A stretch of 63,860 nt of DNA, the filler included, from Thermodesulfobacteriota bacterium (GTDB taxonomy: Bacteria > DASVDK01), in the NCBI GenBank assembly GCA_036381125.1. It is 9 parts of 9 records of this genome, joined end to end, with 100 filler letters (N's around TTAATTAATTAA, not from the genome) between each part and the next. Parts side by side here need not be neighbours in the genome. Positions count along the whole stretch, not along the records: positions 6,557 to 21,906 come from DASVDK010000039.1; positions 22,007 to 25,542 come from DASVDK010000040.1; 7 more parts are not named here. One strand, written 5' to 3'. The notes under the pieces were generated by a model. The model was not told the origin of the DNA. It worked only from the letters and a program-made list of their open reading frames with translations, and did not search any database. Below, piece by piece: positions 12,506 to 22,047 of this stretch. Position numbers and translations under genes: made by a program. How positions within the stretch are numbered: the first letter of the stretch is position 1; every line of letters begins with the position of its first letter.

Positions 12506-12967
12506 CTAGCCGGTGCGGATCGCGCGATGACCGATACGCTCGGGTCGTGCACCCGCGAGGGCGATGGGGTGCGAGCGGTGCGCCGCCGAGAAGAACGCGA
12601 AGTCCCCGCGCACCGGTTGCCAGACCTGGATCTGCCGGGGCTCCCGGAGGATCTCGGGGAGCCGAGCCCAGTAGGCCTTCCGGTACTCGCGATGGACCTG
12701 GACTCGTAACAGGTCGTCGCGGTCCGCCCAGGTCTCGTACAACATGAAGCGGGTCGAGTCCTCGGGGTCCCGGTGGAGCACGGCGTTGACGAACGTCGCT
12801 TCGTGCCGCATGGCGTCGGGCACCGGCGTGACCAGGCGGAGGAACTCCTCCTCGTAGCCGGGCTTGACGTGGATGGACACGACGACGACGGCCTCGGGGC
12901 CCCGGTCGCCTGCTCCAGGGGCCGCCGCCTCGCTCGCGCCTGCCTTCGGTACCGTGCGTCCGTTCAC
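12506..12967 (-). CDS. antibiotic-biosynthesis monooxygenase (ABM) domain protein
   Basis: VKPGYEEEF..EATF...LHRDPEDSTRFMLYETW; GTG after GGGAGGT. Confidence 0.75.
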   Translation of the reverse strand: MNGRTVPKAGASEAAAPGAGDRGPEAVVVVSIHVKPGYEEEFLRLVTPVPDAMRHEATFVNAVLHRDPEDSTRFMLYETWADRDDLLRVQVHREYRKAYWARLPEILREPRQIQVWQPVRGDFAFFSAAHRSHPIALAGARPERIGHRAIRTG

Positions 12968-13062
12968 CGGGACCTCCCGCGCTCGATGGCCGACGGTCCG
13001 ATCGTGCCGAGGCGCCGGGGTGCGCGCAATGACCCGGCAGGTCATGCCGGGGCGGGAACGCG

Positions 13063-13926
13063 CTAGCGCGCGCCGGCGCCCGCCCGCGCCAGCACCCGCT
13101 TCGCCCGCTCGTAGACCGGCACGTCGATCATCCGGCCGTCGACCGAGGCGGCGCCGCGGCCTTCGGCGAGGGCTGCGTCGTAGGCCGCGACGACACGGCC
13201 GGCCCAGTCCACCTCCGCCGGGGAGGGGGCGAAGGCGGCGTTGAGGACCGGCACCTGCGCCGGGTGGATGCAGGGCGAGCCGAGGAAGCCCACGCTCCGG
13301 GCGTGGCGGGCGACGGCGGCGAACGCCTCGGCGTCGCGGAACTCGGCGATCGAGCCGGCCAGGCCGAGCGGGGCGAGGCCGGCGGCACGCGCGGCGATCG
13401 TCACGAGCTGGGCCGGGACCGCGAGCGTCTCCGGCTTCGGCTCCACCTCCATCGCGGCGGCGAAGTCCTCGCTGCCGAAGGCGAGCGCCGCGAGGCGCCC
13501 GTCCGCGCGCGCGATCGCCTCGGCGTGAAGGAGGCCGGCCGGCGTCTCGACGACCGGCACGAGCACCGTGGGCGGGCCGCTGCGGCCGCTCGACCGCTCC
13601 GCCGCCTCCACGGCCCGCGCCACCGCGCGCACCTCGTCGGCCGACTCCACCTTGGGGATCACGAGCCCGGCGACGTGCGGCCCCACCGCGGCGACGATGT
13701 CGTCGCCGGTGAGCGGCCCCGGGTGGTTGACGCGCACGAAGGTCGGCACCCCCTTCGCGGCGATCTCGGCCGCCGCGCCGCGCACGGCCGCCCGGGCGCG
13801 CGCCTTGGCCGTCGGCGCGATCGAGTCCTCGAGGTCGAGGATCACGGCGTCGGCTCCGCGGGTGTGGGCCTTCGCGATGAAGCGCTCCTCCAGGACGGGC
13901 ACGAAGAGCATGGAGCGGTAGGTCAT
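13063..13926 (-). CDS. CitE/HpcH-family CoA-ester lyase
   Basis: RSMLFVP, ADAVILDLEDS, FVRVN, VET, FGSEDF, CIHPAQV, DGRMIDVP. Confidence 0.9.
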   Translation of the reverse strand: MTYRSMLFVPVLEERFIAKAHTRGADAVILDLEDSIAPTAKARARAAVRGAAAEIAAKGVPTFVRVNHPGPLTGDDIVAAVGPHVAGLVIPKVESADEVRAVARAVEAAERSSGRSGPPTVLVPVVETPAGLLHAEAIARADGRLAALAFGSEDFAAAMEVEPKPETLAVPAQLVTIAARAAGLAPLGLAGSIAEFRDAEAFAAVARHARSVGFLGSPCIHPAQVPVLNAAFAPSPAEVDWAGRVVAAYDAALAEGRGAASVDGRMIDVPVYERAKRVLARAGAGAR

Positions 13927-15128
13927 ATCACCTGTTCCTCCTCGAGACGGCGGAGATCCTCGACCGTGAGCCCGACCGCGCCGAGCACCTCGGCGTTGTG
14001 CTCCCCGAGGCGGGGCGCCGGCCGCCGGATGGCGCCCGGGGTGCGCGAGAGCCGGGGGACCACGTTGTGCATCGGCAGCCGCCCCATCTCGTCGTCGGGC
14101 AGCTCGACGAGCACCTCGCGGCTGCGCACGTGCGGGTCCTCGACGAACTGGCTCACATCGTACACGGGGCCGATCGTGACCTCGGCCCGCTCGAAGAACT
14201 CGACGTTCTCCGCCAGGGTCCGCCGGCCGATGAAGCCGCCGACGATCGCGTCGAGCTCGTCGACGTGGGCGAGGCGGTCGGCGTTGGTCCGGAAGCGGGG
14301 GTCGTCGATCAGCTCGGGGCGGCCGATGGCGCGCAAGAGCCGCGCGGTCATCGCCTGGGTGGAGGCCGACAGCGCGACGTGGGCGCCGTCCGACGTCCGG
14401 TAGATGTTGCGCGGGGCGGTGATCGACGCCCGGTTGCCCGAACGCGGCGGCACGACCCCCGTGATGCGGAAGGCGGCGGCGTCCGGCCCGAGGTTCGCGA
14501 CGAGCGGCTCGAGCAGCGACAGGTCGATCACCTGCCCCGGGCCGCCCTTGAGCTCCACCTCGCGCAGGGCGATGAGCGTCGCCATCGCCCCCTGGATCCC
14601 GGCCACCATGTCGGCGAGCGCCATGTTGGGGAGCACCGGCGGCCGGTCGGCGAAGCCGGTCTTGGCGGCGAAGCCCGACATCCCCTCGACCAGGCTGCCG
14701 AAGCCGGGGCGGTCGCGGTAGGGGCCGGTCTGGCCCCAGCCGGAGACGCGGACCACCACCAGGCGCGCGTTGCGCGCGTGGAGCGCCTCGGGGCCGACGC
14801 CGAGCGCCTCGAGCACGCCGGGCCGGAAGCTCTCGACCAGCACGTCGGCCACGGCCGCGAGGCGCAGGAGCAGGTCGCGCCCGGCGGGCCGCTTCACGTC
14901 GAGCGTCACGCTCTTCTTGTTGCGCCCGTAGACCTTCCAGTAGGCCGGCAGGCCCCCCTCGAGCCAGTCGCGCAACGGGTCGCCCTTGCCCGGCGCCTCC
15001 ACCTTGATCACCTCCGCCCCGAAGTCGGCGAGCTGGAGCGTCAGCATGTTGCCGGCCACGAGGCGCGTCAGGTCGAGGACGCGCACGCCGTCGAGCGGGC
15101 AGGGCGCGTCGGGGCGGTAGTCGGTCAT
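13923..15128 (-). CDS. class III CoA transferase (CaiB/BaiF)
   Basis: PLDGVRVLDLT, LADFGAEVIKVE, RNKKSVTLD, ESFRPG, SGWGQTGPYRDRPG. Confidence 0.92.
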   Translation of the reverse strand: MTDYRPDAPCPLDGVRVLDLTRLVAGNMLTLQLADFGAEVIKVEAPGKGDPLRDWLEGGLPAYWKVYGRNKKSVTLDVKRPAGRDLLLRLAAVADVLVESFRPGVLEALGVGPEALHARNARLVVVRVSGWGQTGPYRDRPGFGSLVEGMSGFAAKTGFADRPPVLPNMALADMVAGIQGAMATLIALREVELKGGPGQVIDLSLLEPLVANLGPDAAAFRITGVVPPRSGNRASITAPRNIYRTSDGAHVALSASTQAMTARLLRAIGRPELIDDPRFRTNADRLAHVDELDAIVGGFIGRRTLAENVEFFERAEVTIGPVYDVSQFVEDPHVRSREVLVELPDDEMGRLPMHNVVPRLSRTPGAIRRPAPRLGEHNAEVLGAVGLTVEDLRRLEEEQVI

Positions 15129-16030
15129 CGGCGCATCTCCTCTGCGCGGGCGAAGGAGGACCGGGCGCCCGGCCGCGTGACCGAGAGCGCCGCGGCGCGG
15201 TTGGCGTGCCGGACGGCGGCCAGGGGATCGAGGTCGGCGGCGAGGCCCTGCGCGAAGGCGCCGACGAACGCGTCGCCGGCGCCCGTCGTGTCGACCGCCG
15301 CCGCCTCGGGCGGTGCCTCGAGGGCGCTGCCGAGCCGGGTCACGCGAAGCGCCCCCCGGGCGCCAAGGGTGACGATGACCTCGCCGGGGCCGCTCGCGAG
15401 GAGCGAGCGCGCCGCCGCCTCGATCTCCGTCGGGCCTGCGGCGCGGCCGCCGACGAGACGCGCAAGCTCGCTCTCGTTCGGGATCAGGTAGTCGGCGAGC
15501 GGCAGGAGGCCGCCCGGCAGCGGGACGGCGGGAGCCGGGTTGAGGACGGTGCGCGCGCCGTAGCGCCGGCCGAGCGCCAGCGCCCGCGCGGCGGTGTCGA
15601 CCGGCACCTCGAGCTGCGTGACGACGACGGCGGCGCCGGCGAAGAGGGGCGCCGCGCCCTCGACGTCGTCGGGCAGGAGGGCGTGGTCGGCGCCCGGCAC
15701 GACCACGACGGTGCTCGCGCCGGCGGCCTCCTCGACGGTGACCAGCGCGACGCCGGTCGGCGCCGCCGCCCGGCCGACGGCGTCGACGTCGACCCCTTCG
15801 GCGCGGAGCGATTCGAGGACCGCGTCGCCGCGGGCGTCCCGGCCGACGCGCGCCACGAGGCGCACCGCGGCCCCGAGGCGGCAGGCCGCCACGGCCTGAT
15901 TGGCCCCCTTGCCGCCGACCTCCTCGGCGAGGCCCGAGCCGGCGCCGATCTCGCCCGGCGCGGGCAGGCGCGGCACGCGCGCCACCAGGTCGACGCGGCA
16001 GGAGCCGACGACCACGATGTGCCCGGACAC
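15125..16030 (-). CDS. ribokinase / PfkB-family sugar kinase
   Basis: GGKGANQAVA, QLE, PNESE, TLGARG and DTTGAGDAF motifs. Confidence 0.87.
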   Translation of the reverse strand: MSGHIVVVGSCRVDLVARVPRLPAPGEIGAGSGLAEEVGGKGANQAVAACRLGAAVRLVARVGRDARGDAVLESLRAEGVDVDAVGRAAAPTGVALVTVEEAAGASTVVVVPGADHALLPDDVEGAAPLFAGAAVVVTQLEVPVDTAARALALGRRYGARTVLNPAPAVPLPGGLLPLADYLIPNESELARLVGGRAAGPTEIEAAARSLLASGPGEVIVTLGARGALRVTRLGSALEAPPEAAAVDTTGAGDAFVGAFAQGLAADLDPLAAVRHANRAAALSVTRPGARSSFARAEEMRR

Positions 16031-16140
16031 GGCAGTCGAGCATAGCGAACGGGTGGGCCGGGCGTGAATTTCCTGCGAGCGGCGGTGCGGTCCGAGCACG
16101 GCGTACCCGCCGGGCGCACGGTCGGCGTGAGGAGGCCCGC

Positions 16141-17178
16141 ATGCAGTACGCCAGGCTCGGCGACACGGGGCTCGTCGTCTCGCGGCTCGCCTTCGGGGCG
16201 ATGACGTTCGGTTCGGTGGAGGGTGGGGCGCTCGCCTCGGTCTACAAGGTGGACCAGGCCGGCGCCGACGACCTCGTGGCGCGGGCGCTCGACGCGGGCG
16301 TCACCTTCTTCAACACGGCGGACGCCTACGCCGGCGGGCAGTCCGAGGCGATGCTCGGCCGGGCGATCGGCCGCCGCCGCCCGGACGTGGTGATCGCCAC
16401 GAAGGTGGGGTTCCGCACGGGCGACGCGCTGGTGCACACGGGGCTCTCGCGGCGACACGTGCTGGCCGCGGCCGAGGGGAGCCTGCGGCGCCTCGGGACC
16501 GACTACATCGACCTGTACCTCGCCCACCGTCTCGACCCGTACACGCCGCTCGAGGAGACGCTCGAGGCGCTCGACGCGCTCGTGCGGCAGGGGAAGGTCC
16601 GCTACGTCGGCTTCTCGAACTGGCCCGCCTGGCTCGCGGCGAGGTCGGTGGGCCTCCAGCAGGCGACCGGCCGGGCGCGCTTCCGGGCGGCGGAGGTCTA
16701 CTACTCGCTCGTCGGCCGCGACATCGAGCACGAGCTCGTGCCGTTCTGCCTCGACGCCGGCGTCGGCATCCTGGTCTGGAGCCCCCTGGCGGGCGGCTTC
16801 CTCACGGGAAAGTACACGCGGCAGGACCCCACCGGGGGCGGCGGCCGCCTCTCCGGCTTCGACGTGATCCCGTTCGACCGCGAGCGAGGCTACGACGTGG
16901 TGGACCGGCTCGTCGAGATCGGCCGCGACCGCGGCGTGCCGCCCGCACGGGTGGCGCTCGCCTGGCTCCTCGCCAGGCCCTACGTGGCCAGCGTGCTCGT
17001 CGGCGCGAGCCGCCGCGCGCAGCTCGACGACAACCTCGGCGCCGCCGACCTGATGCTGTCGGCCGACGAGGTCGCCCGGCTCGACGCCCTGACGGCGCCG
17101 GCGCCGATCTACCCGAACTGGTTCAACGCGACCATCACCGACGGGCCGATCCGCGAGGCGCTCGCCGCGCCGCGCTGA
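16141..17178 (+). CDS. aldo/keto reductase
   Basis: LGDTGLVVSRL.FG.MTFG, TADAYAGGQSE, SLRRLGTDYIDLY, GKVRYVG.SN, WSPLAGG. Confidence 0.93.
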   Translation: MQYARLGDTGLVVSRLAFGAMTFGSVEGGALASVYKVDQAGADDLVARALDAGVTFFNTADAYAGGQSEAMLGRAIGRRRPDVVIATKVGFRTGDALVHTGLSRRHVLAAAEGSLRRLGTDYIDLYLAHRLDPYTPLEETLEALDALVRQGKVRYVGFSNWPAWLAARSVGLQQATGRARFRAAEVYYSLVGRDIEHELVPFCLDAGVGILVWSPLAGGFLTGKYTRQDPTGGGGRLSGFDVIPFDRERGYDVVDRLVEIGRDRGVPPARVALAWLLARPYVASVLVGASRRAQLDDNLGAADLMLSADEVARLDALTAPAPIYPNWFNATITDGPIREALAAPR

Positions 17179-17207
17179 CCGCGCGACCGCGCTAGGATGG
17201 CCGGACC

Positions 17208-17453
17208 ATGCGCCTAGCCGCCACCGCCTTTCTCGTCGTCGTCGCGTTCCTCTGCGGCATGATCGCCGAGAAGGTCCGCTTCGGCGCCCGGCGCGACGCC
17301 GTCATGTCCCGGTACGAGCGGGCCCTGGCCGACTGGCGAGCGGCGCAGATGCGCGCCGAGCGGGCGGCCGCCGCCCGGCGGCGCGGGGAGCCGCTCCCCC
17401 CGTCGCTCGACGCCCCCCTCGACGGCCCGGTCCTCCCACCGCTCGATCGCTAG
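17208..17453 (+). CDS. small hypothetical membrane-anchored protein
   Basis: N-terminal hydrophobic helix then a helical segment; same strand as and close behind the AKR gene. Confidence 0.5.
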   Translation: MRLAATAFLVVVAFLCGMIAEKVRFGARRDAVMSRYERALADWRAAQMRAERAAAARRRGEPLPPSLDAPLDGPVLPPLDR

Positions 17454-17626
17454 CACGTCATCGCTAGCGCATCGCGTCGATGTGGCCCGCGCCGGCGGCC
17501 CGGGCCGCGGCCCGAGCGTGCCGTGACGCCGGTCCGTGGGCTGCGCGTCCGCACGGGCGCCGGTTCAGAGGCCTGCCCCGGTGCGGCTCGGCTGCGGCCC
17601 CTGGAAAACGGGGGGCGGACCCCGAC

Positions 17627-18262
17627 CTAGCCTCCCGTCCGAGCCTGCCGCCGGTGCCGCTCGCGGTGGCGGCGCACGCGCATCCGCGTCCCGCAGGTTC
17701 GCACGTCGCAGTAGCGGCGGCTGCCGTTCTTCGTCGTGTCCCTGAAGAGCCACTCGCAGGGCGAGGCCTGGCACTGCCGCACGCTCGACAGGCCGGTCTC
17801 CGAGGCGAGCAGCTCGGCCGCCGAGCGGGCGATCGGCGCGAGCACGCGGTCGAGCCCGCCGTCCGGCTCGACGGCCTCGAGGACGAACCGGCCGCCGACG
17901 GTCCCGAGCCGCAGGCGGGTCCGGTCGCCGAGCAGGACCTCGTTCAGGATCGCCAGGTCTCCGGGATCGGGGGAGCGGCCGGCCACGGCACCGCTGAAGA
18001 GGCGGAAAATGGCGCCGCGCAGGCGCCGCGCCGCCTCGAGGGCCCGGGCCGCCTCCTCGGGGCGACCCTCGGCCTCCCGCTGCAGACGCGCCGCCTCCCC
18101 GTCGTCGACGGCGCCCGCCTGTCGGGCGAAGGCGACGAGATCCCGGTACCCGGTCAGCCGGTCCTTGGCCGCGGTCGAGGGGAAGCTCAGCGTGTTCGCG
18201 AAGTCCAGGGCGAGCCACCCCGCCGACAGGTCGAAGCTCGGCTCGGCCTCTGGGTGCGTCAT
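17627..18262 (-). CDS. ABATE/CGNR zinc-finger protein (putative transcription regulator)
   Basis: G.LALDFANT N-terminus; C-x4-C.WLF.D.TKNGSRRYC-x4-CG.R..VRRHR. Confidence 0.9.
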   Translation of the reverse strand: MTHPEAEPSFDLSAGWLALDFANTLSFPSTAAKDRLTGYRDLVAFARQAGAVDDGEAARLQREAEGRPEEAARALEAARRLRGAIFRLFSGAVAGRSPDPGDLAILNEVLLGDRTRLRLGTVGGRFVLEAVEPDGGLDRVLAPIARSAAELLASETGLSSVRQCQASPCEWLFRDTTKNGSRRYCDVRTCGTRMRVRRHRERHRRQARTGG

Positions 18263-18281
18263 CCTTCCTCCAACTGGATCA

Positions 18282-18361
18282 TGTAACGATCAAAAATGAC
18301 TTGACACGTTACATCTGATCGTCGTACCGTGTAACGCGTCAATCCAGTCTAGCACGTTACA
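18282..18361. promoter_or_regulatory. two tandem inverted-repeat operators TGTAACG-N18-CGTTACA overlapping a sigma70 promoter
   Basis: arms at 18282-88/18307-13 and 18330-36/18355-61; TTGACA at 18301 and TACCGT at 18325. Confidence 0.75.
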
Positions 18362-18374
18362 TGGGAGGCAGGGG

Positions 18375-18614
18375 ATGTTTCGCGACCCGTACCTGGAGCT
18401 GGTGGTGTCGGAGCGGCTGGTGGAGGCGGAGCGGATCGGCGAGCGGGCGCGCCGCCTGCGCGGGCTCGGACGGCCGGCCGGCGGGGTGCGGGCGCGAGTC
18501 GGGCGTCTCCTGATCGCGCTCGGAGAGCGGCTCGTCGGCGGGTCCGAGCGGAGGCCGCCGGGCGTCGCGGCGTCCGGCGGCCTGCCGCTGACGGTCTGGC
18601 CCGGGAACCGGTAG
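18375..18614 (+). CDS. small hypothetical protein divergent from the CGNR gene
   Basis: GGGAGG RBS and upstream promoter; ERL.EAER...R.RVGRLLIALGERL pattern. Confidence 0.6.
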   Translation: MFRDPYLELVVSERLVEAERIGERARRLRGLGRPAGGVRARVGRLLIALGERLVGGSERRPPGVAASGGLPLTVWPGNR

Positions 18615-19625
18615 CTACCGGTAGCCGATCCGCTGGGCGAGCGCGAGGCCGTCCTCCTGATGCTCCGCGGCCAGCGCCACGCCGGTCTGGTCGGGCTTGA
18701 AGGGCCCCCAGGCGGCGAGGATCGGGTGAGGGCTGGTCCGCGGGTTCACCGGGAACTCGAAGTTGGCGTCGGCGAGGGCGCGCTGCGCCTCGGGCGACGT
18801 GAGGAACTCGAGGAGGCGGACGGCGTCGGCGCGGTGCCTGGCGTGCGCCGTGACGCCGGCGCCGGCCACGCCGACGTTGACCCCGGCGCCATGCTGGTCG
18901 GGCCAGAAGACGGCCACCGGGAACTTCGGGTCGTTGGCCAGGAGGCGCGCCAGGTAGTAGGTGTGCGCGATGCCGACGTCGCAGCGGCCGGTGGCGATCG
19001 CCTTGAGCTGCGCCGTGTCGCCGTCGAAGATGTGCGGGTCGTTGGCGAGCCAGCCCTTGACGACGGTCTCGGTCGCGGACTCTCCCATCCGGGCGATCCA
19101 GGTGCCGAGCATGAAGGTGTTGTACGGGCTCGTGCCGCTGCGCAGGCAGAGCCTCCCCTTCCACTTGGACTTCCCGAGTGCGGCATAGGTCGACAGCTCC
19201 ACCCGCTTCACCCGCTCGGTGCTGTACACGATCGCCCGCGTCCGGGCGGTGAGGCCGACCCAGTAGAGGTCGGGGTCGCGCAGGTAGGCCGGCACGTTCG
19301 CGGCGATCGTGCGCGACTCCACCTGCGAGAGCAGGCGCCGCTTCGCGAGGTCGGCGAGGTTCGCCACGTTGTTCGTGATGATGAGGTCCGCCCGCGTGGC
19401 GGCCCCCTCGGCCTTGATCGCCTCGTAGCCCTCGTTCTTCTCGCCCTTGATCGGGAAGGTCACCTTGACGCCGGTCGTCCTCGTGAAGTCGTCGAACGCG
19501 GTCCCGGGCCAGTAGGAGCCGCGCTCCCAGTAGACGGCCACCTCGGCGGCAACCCCTGCCGTCGCGCCGACGGCGAGGGCGGCCGCCGCGGCGAGAGCGC
19601 TTGCCAGCCGCGCGCGTGTACGCAT
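18615..19625 (-). CDS. Fe(III)-type ABC solute-binding protein (FutA/AfuA-like)
   Basis: signal peptide; EG..T.AD, W.GLT.R.R.IVY, CD.GI..TYY, A.ANFEFPV. Confidence 0.8.
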   Translation of the reverse strand: MRTRARLASALAAAAALAVGATAGVAAEVAVYWERGSYWPGTAFDDFTRTTGVKVTFPIKGEKNEGYEAIKAEGAATRADLIITNNVANLADLAKRRLLSQVESRTIAANVPAYLRDPDLYWVGLTARTRAIVYSTERVKRVELSTYAALGKSKWKGRLCLRSGTSPYNTFMLGTWIARMGESATETVVKGWLANDPHIFDGDTAQLKAIATGRCDVGIAHTYYLARLLANDPKFPVAVFWPDQHGAGVNVGVAGAGVTAHARHRADAVRLLEFLTSPEAQRALADANFEFPVNPRTSPHPILAAWGPFKPDQTGVALAAEHQEDGLALAQRIGYR

Positions 19626-19778
19626 CGACGTTCCCTCCCAGGCGAGGTGACGCAGAGCGTCACCTCGCACGGCCACTTTCGTCACCCTCGTGCGCCTCGC
19701 GCGCCGCCAGGGCGCGCTAGCAGGGGGTTCGGGCGTGGCATTCTCACGACGGTCCGCTAGTTGCATCGATCGAGCCAC

Positions 19779-21884
19779 ATGCGTTTCACCATGAATGCGG
19801 CCGAGGGTGCCGGGCCTCCGGGAGGGGGCGCCCGAATCCGCTTCGGCCTGGCCGGCAAGCTCGCGCTGGCGATCTGCGCGGCGCTCCTCGTCGTGGCCGC
19901 GGGCACCGTCCTGACGGTCCAGCGTCACGTGGAGCGGGTGCTGCGGGCGGAGTTCCGATCGAAGGGCCAGGCGATCACCGCGAGCCTGGCGGCGGCGGGG
20001 CCGGCCATCCTCGACCGCGAGAGCGTCACCGTGGACGCCATGCTCTACGAGTTCCGCCGCATCCCCGGCGTCGCCTACGTGGTCGTCACCGATGCCGCGC
20101 AGGCGCGCGCCGTCGTCAGCACGTTCGGCCAGGACCTGCCGCCCGGCCTCCTCGAGGCGATCCGCGTGCCGAACCCCTCGGTGGCCGCCGTACGCGACCT
20201 CTCGGTGCCGGCGGTCGGCGGCGTGCTCGACGTCGTCCAGCCGGTCATCACCGACGAGCCGCTGGTTCTCCACGTCGGCATGGCCCACGCGCTCATCGAC
20301 GCCGCCATCCGCCGGGCCGCGCGCGAGACGCTCACGGTCTTCGGCTTCGGCGCCATCGTCTCGGTCCTCGTCACCGCCCTGCTCGCGCGTCTCCTCGTGC
20401 GCCCGGTGCGGCAGCTCGCCGCCACCGCCGACGCCGTCGGCCGGGGCGACCTTCGCGTCCGGCCGAAGGTCCGCGGCCGGGACGAGCTGACCCTGCTCGG
20501 GCGGAGCCTGGACGCCATGGCCGATCACCTGTCGGCCATGATCGGGCGGATCGCCGGCTCGGCCGAGACGCTCGGCGCCGCGTCGGGCGAAATCCGCGAG
20601 ACGCTCGACGAGGTCGTGGCCGGCTCCGAGAGCCAGGTCCGTCTGACCGATGCCACGGCCGCCTCGATGCGAGGCGTCGAGGCGTCGCTCGAGGCGGTGA
20701 GGGCGAAGGTCGAGCGGGTGCTCGCGTCGGCGCAGAGCTCGGCCGTCTCGGTCGCCGCGCTCAGCACGCGCACCGAAGAGGTGGCCGGAGCGGCCGAGCA
20801 GCTCCTCGGCGCCTCCCAGGAGACCTCGACCTTCGCGACGCACATCGCCGCAGCCAGCGCGGCCCTCGACGACACGGCCGGGACCTTCCGGGAGATCGTC
20901 GGCCGCACCTCCGAGGCGGTCGCCGCCATGGAGCACGCGCTCGAGGACGTGACCGCCCAGGCCCGGCGGACCGCCGAGGCCTCGGGGCGCACGGTTGCGG
21001 ACGCCGACGAGGGGCGAGCGGCCGTCGCCGCGCTCGCGGCCCACGTGGAGGAGAGCCGGGCGGGCGGGCTGAGGGCGGTCGACGCGATGAGCCGGCTCAG
21101 GGGCCGCATGTCGGAGATCAGCCGCATCCTCGCCCTGATCGACGAGGTCGCCGAGCAGACGAACCTCCTCGCGCTGAACGCCGCCATCATCGCCGCGCAG
21201 GCCGGCGAGCGCGGTCGCGGCTTCGCCGTGGTCGCCGACGAGATCCAGGCGCTCGCCGAGCGCACCGGCGCATCGGTCAAGGAGGTGACCGACGCCATCA
21301 CGGCGATCGAGGCCGACGCCGCCGCCACGGTCGAGGCCGTCCGGGCCAGCTCGGCGCAGAGCGACGCCGCCGCCGCTGCGGCCGGCCGCGCGCAGGCGGC
21401 CCTCGATCAGATCCGGGCGAGCAGCGCCGCGTCGGGGGCCGAGGTGCGCCAGATCGTCGCCGCGGCCGACGCGCACGCCCGCAGCCGAGAGGCGATCCGG
21501 TCCGCCATGGAGCAGCTCGCGGCGGTTGCCGGCGCGATCGGCCGGGCCACCTCGGAGCAGCGCGGCGGCGCCGCACGGCTGCGGGAGGTCGCCGAGCAGC
21601 TCTCGGCCATCGCGCGTGCCGTGAACGCGGCCACACAGGACCAGGCCGAGCAGGGGCGGGGGCTGGCCGACGCGATGGACAGCGTGGCCGACATGGTGCG
21701 GGAGATCAAGGACGCGGCGGCCGACGACGAGCGGCAGGCGCGCGAGGTGGTCCGCGCGCTCGGCGAGATCGACGCCATCGCCCGGACGACGCGCGACCGC
21801 GTGGGCCGCCTCGAGCGGGTCGTCGATCGGCTCCGCGAGAGAGCCGGCGACCTCGAGACCGAGGTCGGCCGGTTCGCGCGCTAG
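19779..21884 (+). CDS. methyl-accepting chemotaxis protein
   Basis: two TM helices, HAMP (RDEL..LG.SLD.M), [29 protein letters not shown]. Confidence 0.92.
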   Translation: MRFTMNAAEGAGPPGGGARIRFGLAGKLALAICAALLVVAAGTVLTVQRHVERVLRAEFRSKGQAITASLAAAGPAILDRESVTVDAMLYEFRRIPGVAYVVVTDAAQARAVVSTFGQDLPPGLLEAIRVPNPSVAAVRDLSVPAVGGVLDVVQPVITDEPLVLHVGMAHALIDAAIRRAARETLTVFGFGAIVSVLVTALLARLLVRPVRQLAATADAVGRGDLRVRPKVRGRDELTLLGRSLDAMADHLSAMIGRIAGSAETLGAASGEIRETLDEVVAGSESQVRLTDATAASMRGVEASLEAVRAKVERVLASAQSSAVSVAALSTRTEEVAGAAEQLLGASQETSTFATHIAAASAALDDTAGTFREIVGRTSEAVAAMEHALEDVTAQARRTAEASGRTVADADEGRAAVAALAAHVEESRAGGLRAVDAMSRLRGRMSEISRILALIDEVAEQTNLLALNAAIIAAQAGERGRGFAVVADEIQALAERTGASVKEVTDAITAIEADAAATVEAVRASSAQSDAAAAAAGRAQAALDQIRASSAASGAEVRQIVAAADAHARSREAIRSAMEQLAAVAGAIGRATSEQRGGAARLREVAEQLSAIARAVNAATQDQAEQGRGLADAMDSVADMVREIKDAAADDERQAREVVRALGEIDAIARTTRDRVGRLERVVDRLRERAGDLETEVGRFAR

Positions 21885-21906
21885 CGGCGTCCCCGGCGGC
21901 TCGACC

Positions 21907-22006
21907 NNNNNNNNNNNNNNNNNNNNNNNNNNNNNNNNNNNNNNNNNNNNTTAATTAATTAANNNNNNNNNNNNNNNNNNNNNNNNNNNNNNNNNNNNNN
22001 NNNNNN
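21907..22006. other. contig linker (artificial)
   Basis: N44-TTAATTAATTAA-N44. Confidence 0.99.
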
Positions 22007-22047
22007 GATCTCGGCCGCGCGGCCGAGCCACGATCGCGTCGGACCTC

